From contig CAXXYE010000011.1 of NCBI GenBank assembly GCA_963674865.2, forward strand, positions 313,863 to 377,862: a DNA stretch of 64,000 bases, given 5' to 3'. Under the pieces are notes generated by a model. It searched no databases. It was not told the DNA's origin and saw only the letters and a list, made by a program, of their open reading frames with translations. Source of the stretch: Candidatus Hydrogenedentota bacterium (GTDB lineage Bacteria > Hydrogenedentota > Hydrogenedentia > Hydrogenedentales > SLHB01). Below are positions 8,627 to 18,132 of this stretch, piece after piece. Numbering within the stretch: the stretch's first letter is position 1; each line of letters starts with the position of its first letter. The translations under genes and the position numbers were made by a program.

Positions 8627-10306
8627 TCACTCCGCCCCGGCCGGGGCCACGGCTGTTGTCTCTGGCGGTTGTGTTTGCTGAGTTTGCGCCGCCGAGAGCT
8701 TCTCTTCCTGCTCACGGCGAACAAGGGCCTTTAGCTCGGTGACATTCAGCGGAATGCCGGCTTTTTGCTTGATATCGATGATCATATCCGAGCCCTCTTT
8801 CCAGAAGTCGTTGCTCTGGTAGCGGGCGTGGTCAAGCAAGGCCACCGCTTCGAGGTAATTCCCCTCTGCGACAAGTTCAACCGCGCGCATTCGGAGTAGG
8901 CGCGCCAGCGCGAAGAAATCGGGATGTTCGCCGGCGGACAGTTTCTCCCAGATAACCCTGGCCTGAGCATACTGCTCTTGCCTCGCTTCCTCGGCCGCCT
9001 GCGCCTCGCCATACGCCTCGGACGCACGGGCCTCTGCCTCCTCCGCTTCGGCGTCGAGGCGAGTGGCCTCCTCGGCATTGCCGGCTGCTCGGGCTTCTGC
9101 GGCGGCTTGCCGGGCCTCCTCGGCCGCCTTTCGGCTGCTTTCGGCGACTTGGTGCGCTTCATCAGCGCGCTTGTCGGCCGCTGCGCCGTCGCGTTCGTGA
9201 ATGAGGCCGCGGTTGATCTCGATGAACCGGGGCGCGAGGTCGTCTGCCACGGCAGTGCCCGCGAAAGCGCTTATGTAATCCTGCCAGCCCTTGATCGCCT
9301 CTTCGTATTGGCCGTTCTTTGTGTAGCAAGAGTAAAGCATGCGCCGGACGTAGCGCTCATGACGGTGGCTTACCGCGTGTTCGAGGTATTTCACGGCGTT
9401 CGCGTGATCTCGCAGCTTGTTCTCGTAGATCCCATAGCCGAGATCGAAGTACAGCTTGTAATTGCGGAAGTTCTTGCGGATACCGTCCCGAAGGAAGTCG
9501 ATGGCGATGTAGTAGAATAGCTCCTTTTCGCCAAGCCGCGCATTGAACTTCGGATAGTACTTCTTCAGATGCTCCGGTGTGTCGGGCAGATGGGCGGTCG
9601 CGTTATAGGCCAAATGCCAGGCGCCGATAAGGTAGGCCTGAATGAAATGCGGATCCAGAGCCACGCATGTCCGCATGAGTGGCACCATCCGGTACAGCAG
9701 GCCTTGGTGCCAATACCTGTCGACCTGAAGCCATGTGAAGTTCGCGGCCATCTTGCGGAAGCCGAAGAAGAGACTTCCTAAACTAACGTCGCCGGACTTG
9801 CCCGGCTGGCCGAGGCCAGCGTCGTCGGATTCACTGGAAAAGTACATCGAGCCCGCTGCAAACTGGGTGCCTACGCTGGCAAGCTTCTTATTGCTGAGAG
9901 CTGTGAGGAATTCCTTGCGCGGCTCCGCCAAAGCCCGGCCCGAGGCCAAGCGCCAGATTAACTTGTCCGCCGTACCTCTTCGCACCAACCGGATGAGCCT
10001 GGAATGGAGTGTCCCGTTCTCGTCGTAATCCTCCTTAGCCGGCTCCCCATCGGGCTCAGGCAGAAGGGGCTCAATGGCCTCGGCCATGTGCTGGTACACG
10101 TCTTCATCCTTAAGAGCGTACCGTTCGGCGGCTTCTCGATCCGGTGTTACCGAACCGAACACCCACACCTGGTTTGCCGCGCCGAGAATCCAACGGTAGA
10201 ACACCTCCGATTCCCGAAGGTGACGCACGCGATACCCTTGGTAGGTCGCCACGCCGAGGAGGAAGGCGAGCAGCAAACCCAGGCAGAGGTTGGGGCGGTA
10301 TTTCAT
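8627..10306 (-). CDS. Membrane-anchored TPR-like protein, PilG/XapA-like partner of the ABC transporter
   Basis: N-terminal TM; FRKMAANFTWL...LDPHFIQAY motif; TPR-like helices; Ala/Glu coiled coil; 7 nt downstream of the permease. Confidence 0.6.
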   Translation of the reverse strand: MKYRPNLCLGLLLAFLLGVATYQGYRVRHLRESEVFYRWILGAANQVWVFGSVTPDREAAERYALKDEDVYQHMAEAIEPLLPEPDGEPAKEDYDENGTLHSRLIRLVRRGTADKLIWRLASGRALAEPRKEFLTALSNKKLASVGTQFAAGSMYFSSESDDAGLGQPGKSGDVSLGSLFFGFRKMAANFTWLQVDRYWHQGLLYRMVPLMRTCVALDPHFIQAYLIGAWHLAYNATAHLPDTPEHLKKYYPKFNARLGEKELFYYIAIDFLRDGIRKNFRNYKLYFDLGYGIYENKLRDHANAVKYLEHAVSHRHERYVRRMLYSCYTKNGQYEEAIKGWQDYISAFAGTAVADDLAPRFIEINRGLIHERDGAAADKRADEAHQVAESSRKAAEEARQAAAEARAAGNAEEATRLDAEAEEAEARASEAYGEAQAAEEARQEQYAQARVIWEKLSAGEHPDFFALARLLRMRAVELVAEGNYLEAVALLDHARYQSNDFWKEGSDMIIDIKQKAGIPLNVTELKALVRREQEEKLSAAQTQQTQPPETTAVAPAGAE

Positions 10307-10313
10307 CTGAACC

Positions 10314-11156
10314 TCACAACTCTTTGCGGCGGAAGACCCAATACGCCATGAGGAAGCCGCATACCGCGTAGAGAAGTCCGTAAAGAATCAGATTCGGAAC
10401 CTGAACGTCTTGAGGAGGATCGTTCGGCGCTTGGTAAAGGATCTGCGACTTCAGACTGAAGTTCTGCAGATTCGGAAGGACCTGGTAAAGGAAACGGGCC
10501 GTTTTTCCGATGGCCTCATCCAGCCACATCCCCGTCTGGCCCGAGCGGCGAACGACATCCTTCAAGTACTCGGTAAGATTGCCGACGAGGTAGATGAAGA
10601 GCCCGGCGATAGTAGGCAGAACGGCTGAAGTCGACGCGCACGAAACGGCAAAAGTGAAGGCCGAGACGATGAGGAACTCGAAGTACGTAAGCAGGATCGA
10701 CCACAACAGCAATGTCGGAAGAATGCGTGTCTTGACGTAGAGGGCTATGAAGAAAAGCGCGCCCATGAGCACAAGATTGATGATGACGATGAGCTGGATG
10801 CCAAGGAACTTGCCGAAGAGATACTGCAGTCGCCGTACGGGCTTCGATAACACCGTGTAGATGACCTTATTCTCCACCTCCGTCGGCACCGCGGAAGCGG
10901 AGATGAAAATCGTGATGAGCACGCCGAAAATCGAGATGACCGTGACGCAGATGTCCTTGATCAACTTGACGTCGACGTCCGCCTCGACCTCGCCCACGGT
11001 GGACTGCGACATGAAGGCCGCCATGAGATTGGCCCCGAAGATGAATAGAAGGCTCAGGATCAGGAAACCGATCAGTATCCTTTTCCGCATGCCCTCGCGC
11101 CACGTGTAGACGGCGATAGCCCACGGGCCCCGAATCAATCCGCTCCGTGCTGTCAT
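10314..11156 (-). CDS. ABC-2 type transporter permease (PilI/NosY-like)
   Basis: Multiple TM helices; EVENKVIYTVLSKPVRR...GKFLG motif. Confidence 0.9.
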   Translation of the reverse strand: MTARSGLIRGPWAIAVYTWREGMRKRILIGFLILSLLFIFGANLMAAFMSQSTVGEVEADVDVKLIKDICVTVISIFGVLITIFISASAVPTEVENKVIYTVLSKPVRRLQYLFGKFLGIQLIVIINLVLMGALFFIALYVKTRILPTLLLWSILLTYFEFLIVSAFTFAVSCASTSAVLPTIAGLFIYLVGNLTEYLKDVVRRSGQTGMWLDEAIGKTARFLYQVLPNLQNFSLKSQILYQAPNDPPQDVQVPNLILYGLLYAVCGFLMAYWVFRRKEL

Positions 11157-12103
11157 TTTGGACCTTCCTGCTGCTTTGCGGCGTCACCCACTACCCGGAC
11201 GAAAAGCTCCTCGAGTGTCTCACGCCGAGGCGCCACGCTGACTACTTTGAGTTGCGCCGCCTTGCACCGCTCCAATGCATCGAAGAGGTCGAGAGCGCTT
11301 GGCACGCGCAGGACCACGGTGCCACGGACGCTGTCCTCGGCGGCGACGCCCGCAGCGGTGACTTCTTTCAGTTTTTCGGGCGTAGCGTCCGCGACGCGTA
11401 TCGAGAGGTCCCGTTCGGTGAGGAGTTCGTCGATCGTGCCTAAAGTCTGCAGATTCCCCTCGAAAAGGATGCCGACGCGGTCGCTGATCAGCTCCACTTC
11501 GAGAAGCTCATGGCTTGAGATAAAGAGGGATTTTCCCCTGCTTCTCAATTCGGCCAGGATATCCCGGATCTCCTTGCGGGCAATTGGATCCAGGCCGGTT
11601 GTCGGCTCGTCCAGGATCAAAATCTGAGGATCGTTGATGAGGGCTTGGGCAAGGCCAATGCGCTGACGCATGCCCTTCGAGTAGCCCCGAATAAGGCGCT
11701 TGCGCGCGCGCGTCATCCCAACAGTCTCCAAGACCTGAGCGATGCGCCTCTTGAGTTCCGAGCCCGTCAATCCATAGAGCTGCCCGTAAAACCGCAGGAC
11801 TTCCTCCCCTTTCAGGAAATCCGGGTAGTAGGCGCCTTCCGGGAGATAGCCGATCTTCTCGCGCACGGCAGGCTTGCCGATGTCCTTGCGCCCCAGTATC
11901 TCGAGGTGGCCCGAGGTCGGGAAGATCAAACCGAGCAACATCTTGATGGTGGTGGTCTTCCCCGAGCCGTTCGGGCCGAGGAAGCCGAAAATCTCACCCT
12001 CCTCAATCGAGATGTTCAGTTTGTTAAGGGCGAGGACATCCTGTCCTTTCCACGCGCCCTCATAAACCTTGGTTAGGTCATGGGTTTCAATAACAGCAGC
12101 CAC
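11153..12103 (-). CDS. ABC transporter ATP-binding protein
   Basis: GPNGSGKTT Walker A, YSKGM signature, LILDEP Walker B; start (GTG) uncertain. Confidence 0.93.
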   Translation of the reverse strand: MAAVIETHDLTKVYEGAWKGQDVLALNKLNISIEEGEIFGFLGPNGSGKTTTIKMLLGLIFPTSGHLEILGRKDIGKPAVREKIGYLPEGAYYPDFLKGEEVLRFYGQLYGLTGSELKRRIAQVLETVGMTRARKRLIRGYSKGMRQRIGLAQALINDPQILILDEPTTGLDPIARKEIRDILAELRSRGKSLFISSHELLEVELISDRVGILFEGNLQTLGTIDELLTERDLSIRVADATPEKLKEVTAAGVAAEDSVRGTVVLRVPSALDLFDALERCKAAQLKVVSVAPRRETLEELFVRVVGDAAKQQEGPK

Positions 12104-12242
12104 GGGCGAGTGCCTTTCGTGCTTGTTCCGCCCCAGAGCGCGGAGCGCCGAGTGCAATCGAGTGATCTGGAAAGGAGAACTTCATCACATACATATCAAC
12201 TTCGACAAGAGAGGCGGATAATAACAAAGACCCTCACCCGTG

Positions 12243-13211
12243 TCAATTCCCCGATGCGTCGCCTTCCGAAAGCGCGCCGAGGATTATCTCAGGTTCGGGG
12301 ACCTCTTCATCCCAGCCTACCAACGCCTCGCCGTCGCGGACAACGTAGAACCGAGGCGGCGAGTTCTCGATCAGCCCGTAGAAAGTCCGGATGCCGATGA
12401 TCTGGAGCGGAAACTGCGGCCCGGTCGCCAATCTGAACTCCTCTATCGATTCCTCGGTGCCTTCACAGAGGCCTATCACCGGCGGCAGTTCCGGCAGCAG
12501 GGCCAACTCATTAAGCCTCTCGACGGATGCCATGCAGTGTTCGCACGTCGCGTTTAACATGGCGACGATGTACTCTCCTTGGCCCAGGTCCCACAGCTCG
12601 CCGTCGGCCTCAAACACGAACTGGGCGAACGGCCGATACTCTTCCGGGGATGCCTCGATATCGCTGGCGGCGTAGGCGGCCAAGACCGCGCTCAGACAAA
12701 CGCAAACCACGGCCTTTGCTATGCCCCCGCGCCGCAAGGCAGGCCGGGAGGACGACGCTTGCCCCGGGAAGACCTGGCCTTTGGCGGCCAAGCCGGCCCA
12801 AGCCATAGCGCAGAGCAATCCCAGGCCGGCGTTCTTCAGCATGGATATTCCAGGCGACATCTCAAGGCGGCCAAAGCAGCCGCAGTCCTGGAGGTCGTGA
12901 AAAGCCCAACCGTAGGCGATGAGCGCCGTGAAGGCCAACAACAACGCCGCGACGACGGCGAGGATGGCCCCGCGAAGGCGCCACCCAAGCAATAGGGCCG
13001 AGCCGAGAAGGGTCTCGACGCCAAGTGTGCCCAGCGCCGCGACGACCGTCAGCGGCGAATCGCCCGGCAGCACGCCATAGTGGCCCACCTGAGTGATGAA
13101 CAAGTTGATCTCAATGGCCTTAAGGAATGCCCCCGTAAGAAACACAAGGCCGAGAATGATCTCGGCCGGCCGCGCGAAAACCGCGGCAACCTTACCTATT
13201 GACTGTACCAA
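12243..13211 (-). CDS. MauE/DoxX-family membrane protein with C-terminal thioredoxin-like CxxC domain
   Basis: TM helices with DCGCFG motif; CEHC in the soluble C-terminal domain. Confidence 0.8.
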   Translation of the reverse strand: MVQSIGKVAAVFARPAEIILGLVFLTGAFLKAIEINLFITQVGHYGVLPGDSPLTVVAALGTLGVETLLGSALLLGWRLRGAILAVVAALLLAFTALIAYGWAFHDLQDCGCFGRLEMSPGISMLKNAGLGLLCAMAWAGLAAKGQVFPGQASSSRPALRRGGIAKAVVCVCLSAVLAAYAASDIEASPEEYRPFAQFVFEADGELWDLGQGEYIVAMLNATCEHCMASVERLNELALLPELPPVIGLCEGTEESIEEFRLATGPQFPLQIIGIRTFYGLIENSPPRFYVVRDGEALVGWDEEVPEPEIILGALSEGDASGN

Positions 13212-13369
13212 AGCCTACACTTCCCTTACTGCTTCACCGCTTTTCGGACAAGGCGACAGACAAGGCTTGCGCGTCAAACCATTGGTTTCGCCAGAGCTAT
13301 CGCTTTCAACGAATTGCCGCGCGCCGCCATCCGCAACCCCGGCCACTGGGGACCCGCCAACCCACAGGC

Positions 13370-14506
13370 TCAGAAATCCCAAAGCAAGCTTGCGCCAACC
13401 GAGGTCTGCCACTCGTCGACGCGAAGGTATTCCGGCTCATTATCGTAGTCGACCGCAACGTCCAGGCGCAGCTTGATGCGTGACCACAGCGGGAACTGCA
13501 CGGCCGAACTCGACCGAGCGCGCAGATCGCCCAGTTCCGTCAGGCTCGAGTACAGCACCAGGTCCTCCGTCAAGGCGCCGTTAAGGAAAAGGTCCTGTCG
13601 ATAACGCATCTCGACGCGCAGGTTCAACTCCTGGTTATCTCGCTGGATGTCCGTCCCGGAGACCTCGCTCAAGGCCCGCCATGAGCGTGCCCCGAGGATG
13701 CTGTAGGCTCTTGCAAAGCGCCCTTCTCCGCGCAATGGCTCCAAGTCGTAGTATTCAAAAGTTGCGCCCAGCCCTACCGACGCGTCGAGTTGTTGTGATT
13801 CCCCTTCGAGGAAGGTCCTCCCCACGCCCAGCGACAAGTCGCTTCGCAGGTCGAGCGCCCTGTCCGTATTCCTTTCCAGGTCGAGTGTCAAAAGGGGATG
13901 TGCCCTATCCGAGGGCTTCCCCTCCAACCGCGCGGCCACGTCGAAGTACCTGAGCGTGTCTCGTTTCACTGCGTAGTCCCAGGAGAGGACCGATGAAAAG
14001 GAGTGCTCCTCCCCCGCTCCGAAAAGGCGGAGGCGCGTGAAGGGGGCCGCGTAATCCGTTGTGCCGGACCGCCACCGAACACCCATTTCCACGTCGCCGT
14101 GGACAGCGGGAGATTCTGCCTTGGCGGAGTCCGCTTTCTTAGCGGGGAGTTCGACGACGGGCGCAGTTCTCACCACCTCGGCGAGGTCGATTGGCAGCGG
14201 CTCATCGCTTGTCGACGGCCGCACTTGCTGGACTCCATTGACTACGGCAAGTCTGCCCTGGCACACGGCGCCGTTGGCCAAAAAGAACTGCATCGGAGAC
14301 TCGGTGGTGGTGGTTTCCACCTCGTCAAGCGGTAGCAAGATCCTGCCTACAAAGGAATTGTGCAGTTCAACCGTGCCGCTCGAGATCCCGACGAGCGTAC
14401 CGGACAGCGCGTCGCCGTCGCGAAGGACCACCGTATCGGCGCACGCGGCGGCCGCGCCCACGAATAGGCAGAGGATGCCGAATGTAAACTGATAAAACCT
14501 CATCAT
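13370..14506 (-). CDS. DUF481-like outer-membrane beta-barrel protein
   Basis: Signal peptide, DTVVLRDGDALSG N-domain, alternating beta strands, terminal WDF. Confidence 0.75.
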   Translation of the reverse strand: MMRFYQFTFGILCLFVGAAAACADTVVLRDGDALSGTLVGISSGTVELHNSFVGRILLPLDEVETTTTESPMQFFLANGAVCQGRLAVVNGVQQVRPSTSDEPLPIDLAEVVRTAPVVELPAKKADSAKAESPAVHGDVEMGVRWRSGTTDYAAPFTRLRLFGAGEEHSFSSVLSWDYAVKRDTLRYFDVAARLEGKPSDRAHPLLTLDLERNTDRALDLRSDLSLGVGRTFLEGESQQLDASVGLGATFEYYDLEPLRGEGRFARAYSILGARSWRALSEVSGTDIQRDNQELNLRVEMRYRQDLFLNGALTEDLVLYSSLTELGDLRARSSSAVQFPLWSRIKLRLDVAVDYDNEPEYLRVDEWQTSVGASLLWDF

Positions 14507-14624
14507 AGTTGTCCGTAATGCTAAAATATGCGGACATGCCATTGCAACGAGCCGCAGATGCTTGAGGCTCGCGACGCTTTCTGTATGTAGTATAACGTAC
14601 CCAAGCGCAAAAAGGAGAAACGAC

Positions 14625-15887
14625 ATGCTGAAGACGGTCTTTGAAAACCCTTGGGTCCGTGCGGCGGGACTGGTCGTTACGCTCGCCGTGGCCGTTGTCC
14701 TGCTTTATCTTCTTAGCCCCGTGCTGGTTCCGCTGTTCTTCGCGTTTCTCGTGGCCTACATCCTTGACCCGGTTGTGGATTTCTTCGAGGCCCGGAGAAT
14801 CCCCCGCGCGGCCGCCATAGGCGCCCTGGGTGTTGTGGCTGTTCTCATCATACTCAGCATCCCCCTCTTCGTGATACCCGGCCTGATCTCAGAGGCCAAG
14901 AACTTGACTGAGGCTACTCCAGCGGCCCAGGTCAATGGAGACAATACCCAGAACCCGGCCCGTGGGGAATCGCCTGAGACGGATGGCCAGAGCTCGCCCC
15001 GCAGCCGGCTGACGGGCCTGTTCGACAACCTCCTGGAAATGCTGCCATTGGAGAAACTTGTGCGGTCGCTGGGATGGGCCGACCCCGGACAGCCTATTGA
15101 CGCCCGAGCCGTTCTTGCGCAGCGCATTGGCGCCTTCGTCGAGGACAACGCCTCGAGTTTCCTTAAGTCCTATGGTATGCACATTGTCGCCGCTGGCCAA
15201 GGCGCCGGCAAAGGTTTGGCCTATCTCATGGCCGCCGTCGGCAGGCGCACGTCTGCTTTGCTCGTCTTTCTGGGCAATATGGCGATCTTCGCTTTTGTCG
15301 CAGGCTATCTGCTCAAGGATTTCGACGGGTTGCTTGCTGGCGCCCGTGAACTGGTTCCTCCCCGATACCGGCCCAAAACGCTTGATATTCTCGCCAAGAT
15401 CGACGTCCAGATACGGAGCTTCCTGCGTGGCCAACTCATTGTCTGCATTTGTCTTGGCTTGATGTACGCCCTTGGATTGCGCCTTTCCGGCGTGCCCTTC
15501 GCAGTCCCCCTCGGCCTCTTCGGCGGCGTGGCCAGCTTCGTGCCCTACCTGGGCGTCATGCTCACTGCCGGCCCGGCGCTCCTGCTGGCTTGGCTCCAGC
15601 ACGGTTTTGACTGGCACGTCATTGGCGCACTTGCCACGTTCATCATTGCCCAGTCCATCGAGGGCACCATCCTGACGCCAAAGATCGTGGGCGACAAAGT
15701 GGGCCTCAACCCGGTGTGGGTCATCCTGGCCATCATGGTGTTCGGGAACGCCCTTGGCTTCCTCGGCCTGCTCCTGGCCGTGCCCGTGGCGGCGGCGCTC
15801 AAAGTACTTGTCCTCGAAGCCCTCGCGCGCTACAAGGCGTCGCCCGTCTTCGAGGGGGAAGGCTCCGAGCGCGGCTCCTCTTCCTGA
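14625..15887 (+). CDS. AI-2E family (PerM/TqsA) transporter
   Basis: AYILDPVV, FLRGQ, FVPYLG, PKIVGDKVGLNP motifs; AGGAG RBS. Confidence 0.92.
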   Translation: MLKTVFENPWVRAAGLVVTLAVAVVLLYLLSPVLVPLFFAFLVAYILDPVVDFFEARRIPRAAAIGALGVVAVLIILSIPLFVIPGLISEAKNLTEATPAAQVNGDNTQNPARGESPETDGQSSPRSRLTGLFDNLLEMLPLEKLVRSLGWADPGQPIDARAVLAQRIGAFVEDNASSFLKSYGMHIVAAGQGAGKGLAYLMAAVGRRTSALLVFLGNMAIFAFVAGYLLKDFDGLLAGARELVPPRYRPKTLDILAKIDVQIRSFLRGQLIVCICLGLMYALGLRLSGVPFAVPLGLFGGVASFVPYLGVMLTAGPALLLAWLQHGFDWHVIGALATFIIAQSIEGTILTPKIVGDKVGLNPVWVILAIMVFGNALGFLGLLLAVPVAAALKVLVLEALARYKASPVFEGEGSERGSSS

Positions 15888-16699
15888 GAAGCTTTGTCGG
15901 CGGCGCCTTTCGCCCGCTCGCGCCGGCTCTTGCGGTAGTGCTCATAGGCCGTCTCGAAGAGTCCGAACAGGACGTACGCGACGCACCCAGGGAATAGCAC
16001 AATGGCGGGCGAGCGGCTGCTGGCGTAATGGAAGATGCCGATGCCGATGGCGAAGAAGGCGAGCAGCCGGAAGGCATTGCGCGGCCGCAATAGAAACATC
16101 TTGAGCTTGTCTTTGGGATACCGAACGGAGCTTACCATGAGATAGGCCAGCACCAGAGCCAACGGGCCGAGCACCCAGAAGCCCACCGTCCGCTCGAAGT
16201 AGTGCATGAAGAGCACAAAAGTGGCCACCGTTCCCCCCGCTGCCGGGATCGGTAGGCCGATGAAGAAGTCCCGAACCTGGCTCTGGTACACGTTGTACCG
16301 GGCCAACCGCAGGGCGCCGCAGATCACGAAAATGATCGCCAGAAACGGCCCTATTCCCTCGATAATCGGGCGTCCCTGGACCTCTTCATTGAGATAGGCC
16401 GCGTAAATCAGCACGGCCGGGGCGACGCCGAAGGACACCAAGTCGCACAGGCTGTCCAGTTGCTTGCCGAATTCCGATATGCTGTTGGTCATCCGCGCGA
16501 CGGACCCATCCAAGATGTCGAACACAATGGCCGCCAGGATGAGGTAGGCGGCCTTGGTGTAATCGCCGCGGATACTGGCGAACAAGCTCGCGATTCCGCA
16601 ATACAGCCCGAAAGTCGTCAGGGCGCTGGCGATGACGTTGATAGGACGGCGCTTGATGTCCCGCCGCCTTCTGGGTTTTCTTAGTTTTATCTGCTTCAT
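15830..16699 (-). CDS. pssA: CDP-diacylglycerol--serine O-phosphatidyltransferase
   Basis: DILDGSVAR...FGKQLDSLCDLVSFGVAP CDP-alcohol motif; coupled to psd. Confidence 0.93.
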   Translation of the reverse strand: MKQIKLRKPRRRRDIKRRPINVIASALTTFGLYCGIASLFASIRGDYTKAAYLILAAIVFDILDGSVARMTNSISEFGKQLDSLCDLVSFGVAPAVLIYAAYLNEEVQGRPIIEGIGPFLAIIFVICGALRLARYNVYQSQVRDFFIGLPIPAAGGTVATFVLFMHYFERTVGFWVLGPLALVLAYLMVSSVRYPKDKLKMFLLRPRNAFRLLAFFAIGIGIFHYASSRSPAIVLFPGCVAYVLFGLFETAYEHYRKSRRERAKGAADKASQEEEPRSEPSPSKTGDAL

Positions 16700-17346
16700 G
16701 AGAAGTGCCCTACCGGCGAACTGCCGGCCTTCACCTTATCCTTAAGTTTCACGCAGATGTCAGTGTCCGGTGGCAAGTAAAGCTCCGTCCGCGATCCTAA
16801 CTTGATCATACCGAATTTCTGGCCCTTTTCAAGCCGTTCCTCCGCTTTCGACACGCAGACGATCCGCCGGGCGATGGCCCCGGAGATCTGGCGAACGGTA
16901 ACCGGCCCGAATTCCGTGTCCATCCAGACGGCGTTTGACTCGTTCGTCTCCGTGGTTTCCGGGCGCATGGCGTTCTTGAATTGCCCAGGGGCGTAGAGGA
17001 TTTTGCGGATCGTGCCCGAAGCCGGCGCGCGGTTCACATGGACGTCGAGGACCGACAGAAAAATGGACACACGTCGGCAAGGCCCATCGTAATGAGGGGT
17101 CTCCTCAAGGTCCTCGATGCCGACGATGGCCCCATCAGCAGGGCAGACGATTCCCTGCGCGTCAGACGGGATGGCCCGCGGCGGGTCACGAAAGAAGTAA
17201 AGGGCGAACGCCCCCAAAGCCGCGACAGGTGTCCCCACGTACCACCACCCAAAGGGTGTGCCGACAAGACTCAGAACACCTCCCACAAGGAGCAGCGGGA
17301 GATAAAACCGGGAACCTTCCCGCCACGCGCTGAAGCCTGGACTCAC
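16696..17346 (-). CDS. psd: Phosphatidylserine decarboxylase (short type)
   Basis: FFRDP, PADG, HVNRAP, LGSR cleavage motif. Confidence 0.93.
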   Translation of the reverse strand: MSPGFSAWREGSRFYLPLLLVGGVLSLVGTPFGWWYVGTPVAALGAFALYFFRDPPRAIPSDAQGIVCPADGAIVGIEDLEETPHYDGPCRRVSIFLSVLDVHVNRAPASGTIRKILYAPGQFKNAMRPETTETNESNAVWMDTEFGPVTVRQISGAIARRIVCVSKAEERLEKGQKFGMIKLGSRTELYLPPDTDICVKLKDKVKAGSSPVGHFS

Positions 17347-18041
17347 AATACATTCCTCTCTTTAAGGCTCACATGGCGTCCGTCTCCGAAGACGATGTGG
17401 TCGACCAGGCTGATGCCCAACAGCGCGCCCGCCTCCGCGAGGCGCTTTGTCAGCGCAATATCATCGCGGCTCGGCTCGGGATCGCCACTGGGATGATTAT
17501 GGCACACAATCGCCGCCGCTGCGCCCTCCCGGACCGCCTGCCGGAACACATCGCGCGGCATGGCCACGGTGCCGTCGAGTCCGCCGCGCGATACGGCAAC
17601 CTGCTTCAGCAGCTCGTGCTTCGTATTCAGGAGTAAGATACGGAACTCCTCCGCCTCGCAGTCCTTGAAATGAACCATCAGCAGCTCGACCACGTCCTCC
17701 GCGCCGCGTATCTTGGTGCGGTCGCTGACACTATGAACCGCCAGTCGCTTGCCCAACTCCAGGGCGGCCTTGATCTCGACCGCCTTGACCTTCCCCAGGC
17801 CCTTGACCTGTTGCAACTCGCTTACCGAGGCCCGCGACAGGCCGCGTAGACCCCCGAAATGGCGGAGTACGGCATCGGCCAACGCCACGGCCCCGGCCTC
17901 TCTCGTGCCCGTGCGAAAGAGCACGGCAATAAGTTCGGCGTCCCGGAGCGCTTCCGGGCCGACACGCGCCAGCCGCTCTCGCGGCCGATCCTCCGGCGGC
18001 ATCTCCCGCACTTTGGACGACAGTCTGGGACCTTCACTCAT
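17343..18041 (-). CDS. radC: RadC/JAB-domain protein
   Basis: RPRERL, HhH motif, HNHPSGDPEPSRDD, LVDHIV. Confidence 0.93.
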   Translation of the reverse strand: MSEGPRLSSKVREMPPEDRPRERLARVGPEALRDAELIAVLFRTGTREAGAVALADAVLRHFGGLRGLSRASVSELQQVKGLGKVKAVEIKAALELGKRLAVHSVSDRTKIRGAEDVVELLMVHFKDCEAEEFRILLLNTKHELLKQVAVSRGGLDGTVAMPRDVFRQAVREGAAAAIVCHNHPSGDPEPSRDDIALTKRLAEAGALLGISLVDHIVFGDGRHVSLKERNVL

Positions 18042-18132
18042 GCCCAGTTCCTGCCGCAATCGCCGAGTAATTCGACAGTGCCGCGCACTCAGCGTCTCTA
18101 ACAGACCTCATCTCTTGAGGCATACTCACCCA

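Noticed and set aside
17343..18041. radC as a marker of a mobile element
   Set aside because: Full-length HhH+JAB form embedded in a housekeeping operon.
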